A stretch of DNA of 63,046 nt, filler included, from Octopus bimaculoides (taxonomy: Eukaryota), in NCBI RefSeq assembly GCF_001194135.2. It is 4 parts of 4 records of this genome, joined end to end, with 100 filler letters (N's around TTAATTAATTAA, not from the genome) between each part and the next. Parts side by side here need not be neighbours in the genome. Positions count along the whole stretch, not along the records: positions 26,348 to 55,467 come from NC_069002.1; 3 more parts are not named here. One strand, 5' to 3'. Under the pieces are notes generated by a model. It was not told where the DNA came from. It searched no databases and worked only from the letters and a program-made list of their open reading frames with translations. The translations under genes and the position numbers were made by a program. Below are positions 39,960-52,167 of the stretch, one piece after another. Positions within the stretch are counted from its first letter, which is position 1. The number at the start of each line of letters is the position of its first letter.

Positions 39960-40205
39960 AGATTATCCTGGTTTCTGTGATGTATAATCGACTAAGAAAT
40001 TACGATACCACTCTCCACCAGGATAGGTCGCCAGTCCATTCCAGGGTTAAGGTCCCTAGCTATGATGGTAATCATTTTTAGATGACTGGACTCGAACATG
40101 AAAATGAAAGAATTTGCTAAATAAATTGAGCGTACCACCCAGTCGGAAAATCGAAATCATGATCTTGCGATCATGTGTTCAATGCCTCTAACCACCTAAC
40201 CATGC
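39960..40205 (-). mobile_element. Old SINE with a Nin/Deu-like conserved central domain
   Basis: cctggtttctgtg...cgactaag...ccagtccattccagggtta...ggtaatcattttt resembles the conserved domain recalled from cnidarian and mollusc SINEs; tRNA-like end near 40150-40205. Confidence 0.45.
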
Positions 40206-40562
40206 TCGGTTGTACTCTGTGTAATATAAACGATGCTATGTTAAAAATAAGATCCCGCTGCAAAATGTAGAGATATTAGGCATCTTTAATAATCGCCTTC
40301 ACATTCATTGTCCAGTTTGGTCTTTTGCCTGTCGACCGTTTTGGCTCAAATCACATCTGATTAAGTTGACCGATGGTCAAATGTAGTCCAGTTTCAAATG
40401 TCTCCCTCTTGTATGCCAGAATGTGGCACACGCATTCATAGAGAGAGGGAGAGAGAGAGAAGTCGTATGCATCGTCTGGCACTTCCAATGAAGCTTGCAA
40501 GTAAATGTATTCGGGAATACAAAGGATTAAGAAATATTTTCTTAAACTAATACACGATGCAA

Positions 40563-40700
40563 GCATGGCTGTGCTGTTAAACTCCTGTTGCTACCGCGTG
40601 GTTTCGGGTTCACTCTCACTGCTGGGCACTATGGGCAAATATCTTCTACAGTTCCGGCATGCGTGAATTTAGTAAATAGAAATCGTGGAGAAGCCTGTTG
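40563..40700 (+). mobile_element. SINE family B, 5' part, degenerate
   Basis: catggctgtgctgttaa...ggtttcgggttcactctcactgc...gggcaaatatcttctac. Confidence 0.6.
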
Positions 40701-40802
40701 TATATCACACATACATACCTATGTATGTATGTATGTATGTATGTTTTATAACGGGGGTTCTGTGTATGTCACCTTAGTGCCGTGCACTAATACAGTGTGA
40801 TA

Positions 40803-41076
40803 TGTAGTACCACGGAACGGGGTGGACACCAACTGCCTCCATTTGATGTATTCCCAAATATCGTACCAACAGCTGTAACCAACCCAAAACGACTCTCAAC
40901 GAACCATAACAACTTCTCAATTTCCTGCGATTTCACGATTTCACGAACGACACCTTTCGACTTCCTGCAATTTCTCGTCTTCCGCTCTGTCTAACACGTT
41001 GCTACTTATACGAGTTCGGCCAGTCCATTCTCGCAGGGGGTGTCATGATTCTCGCCATAACATCTCTCCTTTTGAG
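40803..41076 (-). mobile_element. 3' LTR (40803-41062, TG...CA) and PPT of the Gypsy relic
   Basis: Minus strand: PPT ctcaaaaggagaga then TGTTATG...ACTACA; lies downstream of the integrase. Confidence 0.75.
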
Positions 41077-41199
41077 ATTGACTTCTGGAGAAAGAGCAAC
41101 TTTATTTAATTTTACTCTTTTTTTTTCTCCTTGTTTTGAGATTTTAATTTCCTCAGAAGTTTTAATACTTCTTTCGCTGAGGGACTATTTCTAGTGGTT

Positions 41200-42170
41200 C
41201 GGTTTGTTTACGTTTTCTGTTACTGATCCGCCTAGGTTCAACCTCTTTTGGCGTTGGAACATCGAACAAATCAAACTTCTATCGGTATTTCTTCTCTTTT
41301 TTTTCGGTATGTCGAATCTTCAACTGGTTCAAATGTTGTTTGTGCTCTCCTACTTGACCTTTCATTATGTACATCATACTGCATATTTTTTTCGTCACTA
41401 TACCGTCCTCCCAACTTTGTCTTCCATTCTTATTTATTTTGAAATGAACTTTATCTCCCATATTGAAAAACTTTGTTTTCCCTATAAGATTTTTTTTTGT
41501 ATCAATTTATCAAAACTTGATTTTCTTCCGGGCAAACATTAGCTCTGCGGGCGACTTGCCTGAACAGGTGTCCGGATTAGGTGCCGGAACAGGTGTCCGG
41601 ATTAGGTGTAAACCCTTAAGAATTTAGTTAGTGCTTCATCATTGCCTAATTCAATTCCTGATTTTTTTAGTGCTCGCTTAAATGTGTCTATGAACCTTTC
41701 TCCTTGCCCATTTGATCTCGGGTGGTACGGTAGAGGAGAGATGTGATTGATTGCATATCTCTCACAGAAATGTTTAAATTCGTACCCCGATGATTGCGTT
41801 GCGTTATCCGATACTATAGTGTCCGGGACATGGTATCGCGCAAAAATTCGTGAAGGAACCTTATTGTTAACTTCGAGATTGGTTGACTGCATTTACATAT
41901 CTCCGGCTACTTGGTATAGCAATCTACTATAATCAGATAATACATGCCATTACTGATTTCATTCTTGAAATCCCTGGGTGTCCCATATGAAATTCGCTTA
42001 ATACACGCTTTTGTAGTCTGGCTGGCACTACAATTCTTTGTGCGTACATCAACCCTTTATCACACAGAGAAAAATGGCTTACATTTGTGTTACGTAATGT
42101 TTATTTTGTTTTACCGTCAACGCTTCTCTGATCTTTGCAATGAATTTGTCATTCTCCGATTTTAATCCCA
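41200..42170 (-). pseudogene. Gypsy/Ty3 integrase relic
   Basis: PDTIVSDNATQ...EFKHFC...PYHPRSNGQGERFIDTFKRAL (rve core), then GDKVHF...WEDGIV...HKQHLNQL; frameshifted; 24-bp tandem duplication near 41563-41608. Confidence 0.9.
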
Positions 42171-42529
42171 TAATAAACCCACTGGCTATTTGTGACACAA
42201 GCGTCTGAATAGACATTGACATTCTATATATCGTCGAAGTGAGATTCAGTTGTTATGCTGCCACTGGACATGTCGCTGAAGAATCTGTAGCGGGGTGAAA
42301 TCACAGGATTTAGCAGTTCCAGTGGCTGTAGCTGACGATTCTCATCTGTCAATGATAATTACGCGTGCTTTTATGCACCACAAGTCCTTATGAAAGATCT
42401 TCTCGGGGAGTCTTTGTTCTAATACAGCTTCCACATTAGTTGGCCTGGGGTTACTGTAGAAGATACTTGTTCGATATGCCACGTAGTGGGACTGAACGTG
42501 AAACTTACCACACAGCCATGCATGACTCA

Positions 42530-42910
42530 TTATGTTCTCAGTTCAAATTCCACCGGGTTCACCGTTGCCTTTTATCCTTTCGACATCTATAAAATAAGTA
42601 CTAGGTGAGCACTGGGGTCGATGTAGTCATCGATCCTCTACCATTAAAATTGCTGCTTTTGTGTCAAAATTATAAAGACTTATTACAAAAGTGGAGATGT
42701 GGTAGAATCGTAAACGCGTTGGGCAAAACGCTCATCGGCATTTCTTCTTTTTCTTTATATTCCCAGTTCAAATTCTATTGGTGTCGACCTCACATTCTAT
42801 CATTTCGAGTTCGATAAAATAAATACTTGGTGAACACTGAGGTCAATGTAATCGTCTATCCCCCACCCCTTAAACCTACCGGTTTTCTTGCAAAATTTGA
42901 AAGAATTATT
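42530..42910 (+). mobile_element. Two tandem degenerate SINE family A copies
   Basis: Two repeats of ttcaaattc...gtcgac...cgataaaataa...ggtcgatgtaat (about 42530-42675 and 42688-42910). Confidence 0.65.
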
Positions 42911-43518
42911 ACAGAATCTGTGCACTATTTTGATTTTCTATCTCTGTATAAAATCGAAATTTTCGATTTTATACTTAGGTAGAAATACTTTTCAGATTGT
43001 TAAATCAAAGCGGTTATGTGTAATAAACAAGGTCTTAAGGTCTCGGCTCGTTATTACTTCTCTCACTAAAATCAGAAATTCGTCTATAAGTAATATTTCA
43101 ATCAAAGAATTGTCGTACAAGTCTTCTGTTCACTCCAAGACACACATTGGTTTTGATTTATAAAGCAGCAGTGAATGTACAATGGCCATGAACTCATCGT
43201 CTGGTTATATCGATATATTAGACAAAATTATCAACTCACCTATTAATTCTAATCTATTATTCTGTATAGATATATTCCGGTATTGATTTGTCAGAGCTAA
43301 AAATGAAAAACTTGGAAATTAAAATCGACAAGAAGGCTGACACTACATTAGAATTCTATATCGACTTGTAACTTAAATGTACACACTCACACACGTGTAC
43401 GTGTGTGTATATATGTATGTGAGTGAGCATATATATCACCGTGTAGTATATATACACATACACAAACTTATATATGGATGTGCATATGTATGTACATTCA
43501 TACATTCGTTATGTATGC

Positions 43519-43579
<61 letters not shown>

Positions 43580-44239
43580 TATATATATATATGTCTAAGC
43601 GTGTGTTTATATACATATATATATATAGATCTATATCAATGCATATATAAACACATGCATACATATATATGTATATGTTCATAAATATGGATATATACGT
43701 ATGTGTATGTAAGTGTCTATATGTGTGTGTACGTTTGTCTGTATTTCTCGTGGAATTGAAATATATTCGATAAATGTACCAAATTTAAATTAAAATATAT
43801 AACACATGCACACACGCACACACTCATGCACACACATATATATATGCGAATACAGAAAAGAAAGCAATCCCCCTTCTACCATAGCTATATATATATATAT
43901 ATATNNNNNNNNNNNNNNNNNNNNNNNNNNNNNNNNNNNNNNNNNNNNNNNNNNNNNNNNNNNNNNNNNNNNNNNNNNNNNNNNNNNNNNNNNNNNNNNN
44001 NNNNNNNNNNNNNNNNNNNNNNNNNNNNNNNNNNNNNNNNNNNNNNNNNNNNNNNNNNNNNNNNNNNNNNNNNNNNNNNNNNNNNNNNNNNNNNNNNNNN
44101 NNNNNNNNNNNNNNNNNTGAAAACAAATAATGCAAGTAACAATGGTTTTATTTTGTAAAAGACAATATATTGTTTCTTCCAATGAAAGTCATTTTGTAGC
44201 GTTTAAAACAGTAGGAGCACTTTTAACGGAGTTAATGAA

Positions 44240-44900
44240 AAGTGGGTAATGCTTTTGGTAGTAGGGGTAGACATAGTGGTGTTGGGAGAGGTGGAGGTGG
44301 GGTGATGGTGATAGTGGTGTGGCGGTGGGGTTGTTGGTGTCGGTGGTGGTGCTGTTGGTGGTAGAAGTGATACTAGAAGTGGTAGTGGTGGTAGTGGTTG
44401 TTTTAGTGGTAGAGATAGTTTTAGGAGTGGTTGTAAATGTGGTGGTGGTGGTGGTGGGAGAGGTAGGTGATGGTGATGGTCATAGCTGTGTTGCTGGTAC
44501 TGGTGGCGGTGGTGGTGGTAATAGTGGTGTATTCGGTGGTGGAGATGGTTTTAGGTGTGGTAATAGATATGGTGGTGGTGGTAGGAGAGAAGGGAGTAAT
44601 GGTGATGCTAGTGATGATGGTGATGGTGCTGGTGCTAGAGGTAGTGGGGATAATGGTGATAGATGTTGTGATGGTGGTGGTGGGTGTAGTAGTTGTGATG
44701 GTGGTTGTAGTGGTGGTGATGGTGGTAGTGGTGGTGATGGTGGTAGTGGTGGTGATGGTGGTGGCGATGGTGATGGTGATGGTGGTAGTGGTGGTGATTG
44801 TGGTGGTGGAGGAATTCTAGAAGTGGTGGTGGTGATGGTGGTAGAAAGGCTGACGGTGCTGGTGGTGGTGATTTCTGTCGATGGCAGTGGAGGTTCGACC
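44240..44900. repeat. Degenerate (GGT/GAT/AGT)n low-complexity tract
   Basis: Triplet-periodic G/T-rich sequence including tandem gtagtggtggtgatggtg units. Confidence 0.85.
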
Positions 44901-45341
44901 ATGTGGATTCAATTGTCCAGTCATCTGAATTCCCTGCTCATTGAATTAACGCGTAAGTGGATGAATATTCCATAGTCACGTATGCCCCTAGAATGTGTAA
45001 CAAGGCTTGAATCTTTTTTTAATTACAAGTACAATCCAACCGACGGGCTTCCATACAGTTTCCACCAACCCAATTTCGCGTATAGGGTATGAGTCGAACT
45101 GAGGCTATGCAAAATGGTAACGTAGCAGTTCAACAAAAAAAGACCGATAGAATAAGTACTGGTGTCGATTTGTCCGACAAAAATTCTTCAGGACGGTGCC
45201 CCAGTATGGCCACAGTCTAATGACTGAAATCAGACATCAGATTATGTTCCAAAATAAGTACCAGTCATGCACTGGGGCCGATGTAATAGTCTTATCCCTT
45301 TCCCCGTCTGTCAGAATTTGAAACCAATACATAGGGACTTC

Positions 45342-45548
45342 AAGACGGCGAACTGGCTGAATCGTTAATGAGATGGGCAAAATGCTTAGCGGCATTCTGT
45401 CCGTCTTTGCGTTCTGAGTTCAATTTCTGCCGGGATCGACTTTACCTTTTATCCTTTCGGGGTCAGCAAAATAATTACCAGGGTCTATGTAATCGGCTTA
45501 CCCCTTCACCAGAAATTGCTCGCCTTGCGCCAAAATTTGTAACCAATA
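45342..45548 (+). mobile_element. SINE family A, near full length
   Basis: aagacggcgaactggctgaatcgtta...gttctgagttcaatttc...ccaaaatttgtaacc. Confidence 0.8.
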
Positions 45549-45813
45549 CTTAAAGACTTCCTTCTCCGTTAACATGGGACTAATGATGGGTCTATGCTCA
45601 TTGTGTCCATAAGGGCCACAAAGTTGCTACTGGAAGAGGGTACGTACCTCTAGTAGTTAACGTGAAATTCTTTTAGTTTGTCTCAGGGAACGCTTCTAAC
45701 TTTAGGGGTATAAAATTTCGTTTTATTTTTTTTATCCTTTACGTGATTCAGTTATTGGGTTGTGGCCATGCTAGGGCACTACCTTGAAGAGTTTTAACCG
45801 AACGAATATACCC

Positions 45814-45997
45814 TCTTTTACTTGTTTCAGTCATTTGACTGCGGCCATGCTGGAGCACCGCCTTTAGTCGAGCAAATCGACCCCAGGACTTATTCTTTGT
45901 AAGCCTAGTACTTATTCTATCGTTCTCTTTTGCCGAACCGCTAAGTTACGGGGACGTAAACACACCACCATCGGTTGTCAAGCGATGCTGGGGGGGA

Positions 45998-46044
<47 letters not shown>

Positions 46045-46207
46045 CAGGCTTCTTTCAGTTTCCATCTACCAAATCCACTCACAAGGCTTTGGTCGGCCCA
46101 AGGCTATAGTAGAAGACACTTGCCCAAGGTGCCATGCAGTGGGACTGAACCCGGAACCATGTGGTTGGTAAGCAAGCTACTTACCACACAGCCACTCCTA
46201 CGCCTAT
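45814..46207 (-). mobile_element. SINE family B, full length, young
   Basis: Minus-strand head ataggcgtaggagtggctgtgtggtaag...ggttccgggttcagtccc; tail ...cagtcaaatgactgaaacaagtaaaaga; near-identical to 55568-55900. Confidence 0.9.
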
Positions 46208-46216
46208 AAGTGTGTG

Positions 46217-46336
46217 ACGCTTACAGCATCTAGGTTTCCCAAGCGGTCACCCATCTAAGTACTCACTAGGCTTGACGTTGCTTAACTTCGTTGATCGGAC
46301 GAGAACCAGTGCTTTCAACGGGATATGGCCGTAAGC
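46217..46336 (-). pseudogene. 5S rRNA: 5S rRNA copy (probable pseudogene)
   Basis: Minus strand GCTTACGGCCATATCCCGTTGAAAGCACTGGTTCTCGTCCGATCAACGAAGTTAAGCAACGTCAAGCCTAGTGAGTACTTAGATGGGTGACCGCTTGGGAAACCTAGATGCTGTAAGCGT is colinear with metazoan 5S; no T-run terminator follows. Confidence 0.92.
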
Positions 46337-46484
46337 CAGTAAGTACCCAAGTACTTATTTTCTAAAAGTCTGGTACATTGTTCTCTCAATCACGTTTGCC
46401 GAACTCCTAAGTTATGAGACATAAACAACAAACAAACACCGGTTGTCAAACGATGGTGCCCCCCCACCAACACATAGACACGTA

Positions 46485-46538
<54 letters not shown>

Positions 46539-46963
46539 TGGTATATTCACCAATTTAAAGATGTGATTTTCTCTATTCTTATTCTTGTCTTACACTCCGA
46601 ATTTCATGACATTCTTCTAAGTGATATTTGAATTTACTTATCAGACACGAAGAATTAATTATGACTGTCTCTTCTTGTATTTATTGTTATCTGATTGTTG
46701 GATATAGTTAACCAAATTCCTTTAACATCGAGTACTTTATAGATATCTGTCTCGATTTATTAATCTCTTTTACTTCTTAAACACACACACACACACACAC
46801 ATACAAGCTTTAAGCTTATAAAATTCTATAATTATTATTTACAGACTTGTAAAAATCGACACAGCTTAAAAAAAAACATTCACAGTAAAAACACATAAAA
46901 GTTTGTTTGCAAAAACAATTACGAACTAATTATAGTTCTTAAATCTGACAAAAAAGCAGGTAG

Positions 46964-47035
46964 GTTCGCAAGTGTAATCGGTAGCACACTTGGTCGTGTA
47001 AACAAAGAGGTATGAGTTCGAGTCCCACGCGTACG
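46964..47035 (+). pseudogene. tRNA-like sequence, closest to tRNA-Thr(UGU), with a downstream T6 run
   Basis: Acceptor GUUCGC/GCGUAC, D-arm-like gtgtaatcggtagcacac, ggtcgTGTaaac loop, gagttcgagtccc B-box; several stem mismatches. Confidence 0.55.
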
Positions 47036-47165
47036 GAAAACCTACTTTTTTCTGCCGAAGGCTTATACACCCCATTATTAGACCATTTTCCTTGGTCATT
47101 GCGTGGGGATATTTACAAAATTGTAAAAATCGACACTGCTTAAAATATTAATTCGCAGTAAAAGA

Positions 47166-47218
<53 letters not shown>

Positions 47219-47531
47219 CAGTAGGGTATATAATACCACTTGCTAAAATTAGAGTCAATGCTCCATAAACTCACGATAAATATTTATTGAGTAAGAAAAC
47301 AGAGAGATCTAATGGCTACAAATTAATTTAGTAATTGGTTAATATGTTGATTAATTGATAAATTAATTTGTATCCATTAGATCTGTCCGTTTTCTAACTC
47401 AATAAAAATGTCTGATATCTTACGATATTCTATATAATATATTCAATGGAGGATTTTCTCTTCAAAAGTTAATATATTAAACCAGTGTATCTTGGTTAAA
47501 TATCTCTATAAGAGCTTTCAAAATCCTCATT

Positions 47532-47605
<74 letters not shown>

Positions 47606-47771
47606 CAAAGGAATTCCAAATCTGTCTGTCTGTTTATGTTTTATTTATATTCTTATAATATTAACGTAGGATATAGAATACATAATATATTCAGTAAAAT
47701 AAAATGAAGTATTGATTGTCTTATTGAATAAATGAAATATTGAATATTAAATATGAAGTATTGAATATTAA

Positions 47772-47815
47772 GGGACTAGTATACTTTCTTGCATTTTAGC
47801 AATCTTCAAGGACCC
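47772..47815 (-). ncRNA. Minimal type I hammerhead-like motif in a PLE pLTR
   Basis: GGGUC-CUUGAAGA-UUGC[UAAAAU]GCAA-GAA-AGUAUACU-A-GUCCC; the core has one extra U and stem I has one mismatch. Confidence 0.65.
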
Positions 47816-48338
47816 ACGCTGTGACGGGAGTGTTGACAACTGTAGTTGCCTGGCTGTCTTTTCTCCTTTATATACATTCCTGTGGACAGCAGTGGTAGTT
47901 GTTGGCTATTTTTAGAGATGATGCCAAACCATTTTTCAATGTCTATTTTTAGAAATGATGACAGCAGTACTTTTTAGAGATTTTTTGCATTTTAGTTATA
48001 GGAATAAGATTTTAAAACCCCAAATAAGATTAATTTAATTATTGTTTGCTAAGCTTGGGTTTGAATTTCTTAATGAAGTCTTTTTTTCTTTTGCTTCCTC
48101 TCAATTTCATTCAGGTTGTAAAGTTTATTACCTGGCCAGACAGGTAATGCACTATCAGAACGCTCGCGTGTGCATCGACAACAGATTAAAAATCCAGAAG
48201 TCCGCCAAATACCACTGAGTAACCATCTGGCAACATGTGGTCGAAAAACTTTTATGATATTTCCATTTCATAAACTTTACAACCTGAATGCAATTGAGAA
48301 GAAACAAAAGGTAAAAGACTTCATTAAGAAATTTAAAC
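47772..48338. mobile_element. PLE insertion with inverted pLTR: GIY-YIG on + (48131-48338) and an inverted copy of its end (48059-48128)
   Basis: GQTGNALSERSRVHRQQIKNPEVRQIPLSNHLATCG...IFPFHKL...FIKKFK; ~70-bp inverted repeat between 48059-48128 and 48270-48338. Confidence 0.8.
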
Positions 48339-48560
48339 ACTTTATTTCACGTCGGTCCAGTTCACTCAGTTGTAGAACCGCGTTGTAGAAATGAGTCACT
48401 GGTGCCAAGCTGTATAAGTCCCTTTGCGTTTCTCTTGAATAACTGCATTGGTGGGGAGAGGGGAGACTGGTATGCATGGGCGGCTGCTGGACTTGTGCCT
48501 CGGAAGGGAACTTTCTAGGTGCAACCCCATGGTCGTTTATGACCGAAGGGAGTCTATACC
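48339..48560 (+). mobile_element. SINE family C, 5'-truncated
   Basis: tttatttcacg...ccagttcactcagttgtag...ggacttgtgcctcggaagggaactttctaggtgcaaccccatggtc. Confidence 0.75.
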
Positions 48561-48565
48561 TCTAC

Positions 48566-48600
<35 letters not shown>

Positions 48601-48604
<4 letters not shown>

Positions 48605-48760
48605 ACTAGTTTCTTTCAGTTTCCGTCTATCAAATCCACTCAAAGCTTTAGTCGGTCCGGGACTTTTGTAGAAGACACTTGAGCGAAGTTCCAAGTAGTG
48701 GGACTGAACCTGATCCCATGCGGCTAGGGAGCAATCATCTCACCTCACAGCCATGCTTGT
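48601..48760 (-). mobile_element. SINE family B, 5' part
   Basis: ttctttcagtttccgtctatcaaatccactc...gtgggactgaacc...cacagccatgc. Confidence 0.75.
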
Positions 48761-49836
48761 GCTTTGCAGAGTATATTCTCACTTTTTCATATTCAATTTC
48801 AGAACAAACCACTATCTATAACCTACATGTATAGATTTTTTTCTAATTGATTTCTGTCGATTATTCCCGATTGCTGACCTCTAGAAATCTCAATCTGTAC
48901 CTCAAGCCCCTTATTATTGCAGATAGTTTTTAAACGAGATTCACGCGTATTTCTCGTACAAGCGTTACTCGCTATAAAATATTCTTTTATTTTTGCAAAT
49001 ACAGTCATATATCTTCTGCTAACCTTTTATGACAAGTAGTAACTTATACGTAACGGCGAAGTCTGTTAATTTGATGGTTTGCATACGTGGAATGCGTGGT
49101 GTGTGTGTGTGTGTGTGTACTTTTTTCTCTTTGTGAAGCCAAATATTATGCCAGATGTTCTTGCTTTTCTATGCAGTCTACGATTCAGTTCCAAACCGAA
49201 ATAAGTTGAAACACGGTTGATATAAATCTAAGTTTGGTTATTGATGCATTCATTTTGATTGTCTCATGCACTAGTGCATATTGCCTTCCAATGAAATGCA
49301 AATCTCTCCTGCTTGGCGTTTTGAAACAGCATGTAATTATGTAGAGATCGAAGGATGTTTTCAGTGCATATTGCATTACTAATGCAGTTGGTGCATAATG
49401 AAAATCATTCTTACCGCTGATCGACTGAGATCTAACTCGCATTAAATCACAAGCTGTATTATTTCTCTTGTAAGGTGTTGTAGTTGTAAGGAATAGTGCT
49501 GAAGCATTTTGGTAATTCTACTAAGGCATTTTGGACATTCTACTTATAAAGCCGATTATTCGTATGCGTAGCTGCTACATATACCTTTATAGCTTTATCT
49601 ACTTCGAGTTTTTAAGTTCTAACGATGTCAACAACATGCAATTCTTGCTGATAAGAACAAAGCTTTTAAAACGGACGGGGAAAATTCGATGGGCTGCTTT
49701 GGTGGTATAATGGTTGAATGTCTTTCATTCTCATAGAAGGTGTGTGCTCGAGTCATCCAGGCAGCTTTCGACTTTTTTCCACCCAAGGGAAATTTTAACC
49801 CTTAATATTCTCCAAGCTAATATTTAAAGAATTATT

Positions 49837-50045
49837 GGCGGTGAATTGGCAGAATCGTTAGCACGCTGGGCAAAATGCTGAGCGGCATTTCGTCCGTCTT
49901 TACGTTATGAGTTCAAATTCTGCGAAGACCGACGTTATGTTTCGGGGTCAATAAAATAAGTACCAGTTGAATACGGGGGTCGATGTAATCGCCCTACTCT
50001 CTCCTTCGAAATTGCTGGCTTTGTGTCAAAATTTGAAACTAATAT
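49837..50045 (+). mobile_element. SINE family A, near full length
   Basis: ggcggtgaattggcagaatcgttagcacgctgggcaaaatgc...aaaatttgaaact. Confidence 0.85.
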
Positions 50046-50289
50046 TTAAAGCGTTACCTACTTTGAGTTGCACCATTAAAAATGAAATATTTCATACCTC
50101 TTGCAGTTTCTAAATTCTTATCGCGTAAACAAGAAGCACCATTGATTTTTCTAAAACTAAATTTACTGAAAATAATATCTTTGAAATCAGAGGGGAGCGC
50201 TCACAACCATAATATGAAGACCGGGAAGAATAACTTTGAGTAGTATTCCTCATCTTCTTTGGCCTTTTGTTGTTCTACTGCTACTACAA

Positions 50290-50618
50290 CAGGCACTCCG
50301 TCGCTTACGACGATGAGTATTCTACTCGATCTGATCTACAGAACAGCCTGCTCATGAAATTAATGCGCAAGTCAAGTAACTGAGCGCACCTCAGACACGC
50401 GTCTCCTTAACGTAGTTCTCAGGGAGATTCAGTATGACACAGAGCATAACAAAGCTGGCCCCTTTTGAAATATAGGTACTACTCATTTTTGCCAATTGAG
50501 TTGAGTAGAACAACGTAACATAAATTTTCTTGCTCAAGGAAACAATGTGCTGCGGAGTAACGTACTCACGACCTGACGATTGTGAGCCGTATTACCCAAA
50601 CCGCTAAGCCACGCGCCT
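50290..50618 (-). mobile_element. SINE with family C head/core and family D tail
   Basis: ggcactccgtcgcttacgacg tail plus ttgctcaaggaaacaatg...ctaagccacgcgcctt head. Confidence 0.75.
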
Positions 50619-52167
50619 TTATTTTAATACCATAAATTCCACAAGCTTTTGTTTTTCAATCATTTGTTAGTAATTTTTTTTTTAAATACAGCGAGCAAAA
50701 TGAAGCTAATTTCAAAGAGGACAAATATCAAAAGAGATTGAATTCATTCTTGAACAGTACAGAAAACTGGTTAACATTGTTGTCATTCCTAAAAAGAAGG
50801 GTGTCATTCTATTTTTCGATTCTTTGTAACAGACAAATAGATAGTTTCGAATTATGTTCGTGATTTTTGAAATGTATTTATACGTTTGTTGACACATAAA
50901 TTTGATATGTGAGGCATCAGAAACCATTGTCTGTTTTGTTTGCTATTGAAATTTATCAACATGGTGTCCAAAAATGAAAATCTTCAATGCTAACTGAGAC
51001 AAAAGAATAAGTTAACGCCATTCTTAGCTTGGGTAACGCGCCTGGCTAGAACAACACAATGATATCAGCAATGATAATTTCGACGGAAGAGATGGGGGAA
51101 GCAGATAATGGTGATAGTAGCAATGGTTGGGAAGGTAGGGAGGGGGGGTAGTTGTCAAAGAAGGTGGGGGTGAGGCTGGAGGTTGGGGAATAAATGTAGG
51201 AAACAGGATGGAAGCAGTGGAGAAGGAATGTGATACATATTCTGCCGAGCACAATTGAAAATTGAAATGACGTTGTCGACACTTCGGTTCGTCAATGGCT
51301 GCATCATTAAAACAACGACGATTACTACTACTACTACTACTACTACTATTACTACTACTATAAATAATCTTATAATTCTGCTTGTCATTGCGTTACTTAG
51401 CCCGTCGGTAACGCTTTCACGTTATTAGAGAAAAAAGAGGGAGAAAGGAAAGAGGGAGGGAGAGAGAAAAGAGGGAGGGAAGGAGAAAAGAGGGAGAAAG
51501 AAGCGTCTATGACATGAGGTAGAGAGAATGTAATTGTAACGCTTTCACGTGATTAGTTGACGAGAAAGAGAGAAGGAAAAAGAAGATAAAGCGAAGAGAG
51601 ACAGAAAAAGGGAGAGAGAGAGAGAGAGAGGAGGGAGCGAAAAGGGGAGAGAGATGGTGGTGGAGATGGTGCAGGTGGTGGTGATGGAGGTGGCGGTGGT
51701 GCATGGATAGTAAAAAGTGTATTTTTCTTATAATTGAACTAAGTTTTTTTTATATCACCTATTACTTAACGCATGCGCATAAGTGCAATTCCATGAAATA
51801 TTCACGCTTATTTATGTGGCAGATATATGCATTTTAACTAAAGGTTGTATCATGTGTACAGGATATTATTTTGTTTTTGGGAAAAATGATAAAATAAGAG
51901 TGAATATTTATTTTATGAGCGCTGGGTATTAAGTCAATAAAATTGTCCATAAAGTATATAAAGTGTATAAATAAAGTGCATTTAATAATCATCGTATTCC
52001 AATTTCTTTCACTTTTCAATGATTAGCAGATGAGCGACTCTCATTCTATACAGACACAACACAGGCTACGTTTTCAGAAATAACCCAATAAGTTTGCTGT
52101 TAATTTCGTGAAATATTAACGGGTCTCGTTAGTAGTAGTAGTAGTAGTAGTAGTAATAATAATAATA

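Larger units (their letters stand above)
45745..46540 (-). mobile_element. Older family B SINE split (45745-45813 and 46338-46540) by a younger SINE and a 5S copy
   Basis: Left piece ends gaacgaatataccc and the right piece resumes with agtacttattttctaaaagtctggtac, contiguous in the family B order. Confidence 0.65.

Noticed and set aside
44319-44975. Gly/Val-rich and Pro-rich ORFs on both strands
   Set aside because: A stop-poor triplet low-complexity tract open in several frames, with no splice or domain support.
46217-46336. Functional 5S rRNA gene or rDNA array
   Set aside because: Single copy inside a SINE, with several apparent substitutions, a probable 1-nt deletion and no terminator; reported as a pseudogene instead.
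50690-50770. Candidate short plus-strand exon after ttttaaatacag
   Set aside because: Weak donor and no recognisable peptide.
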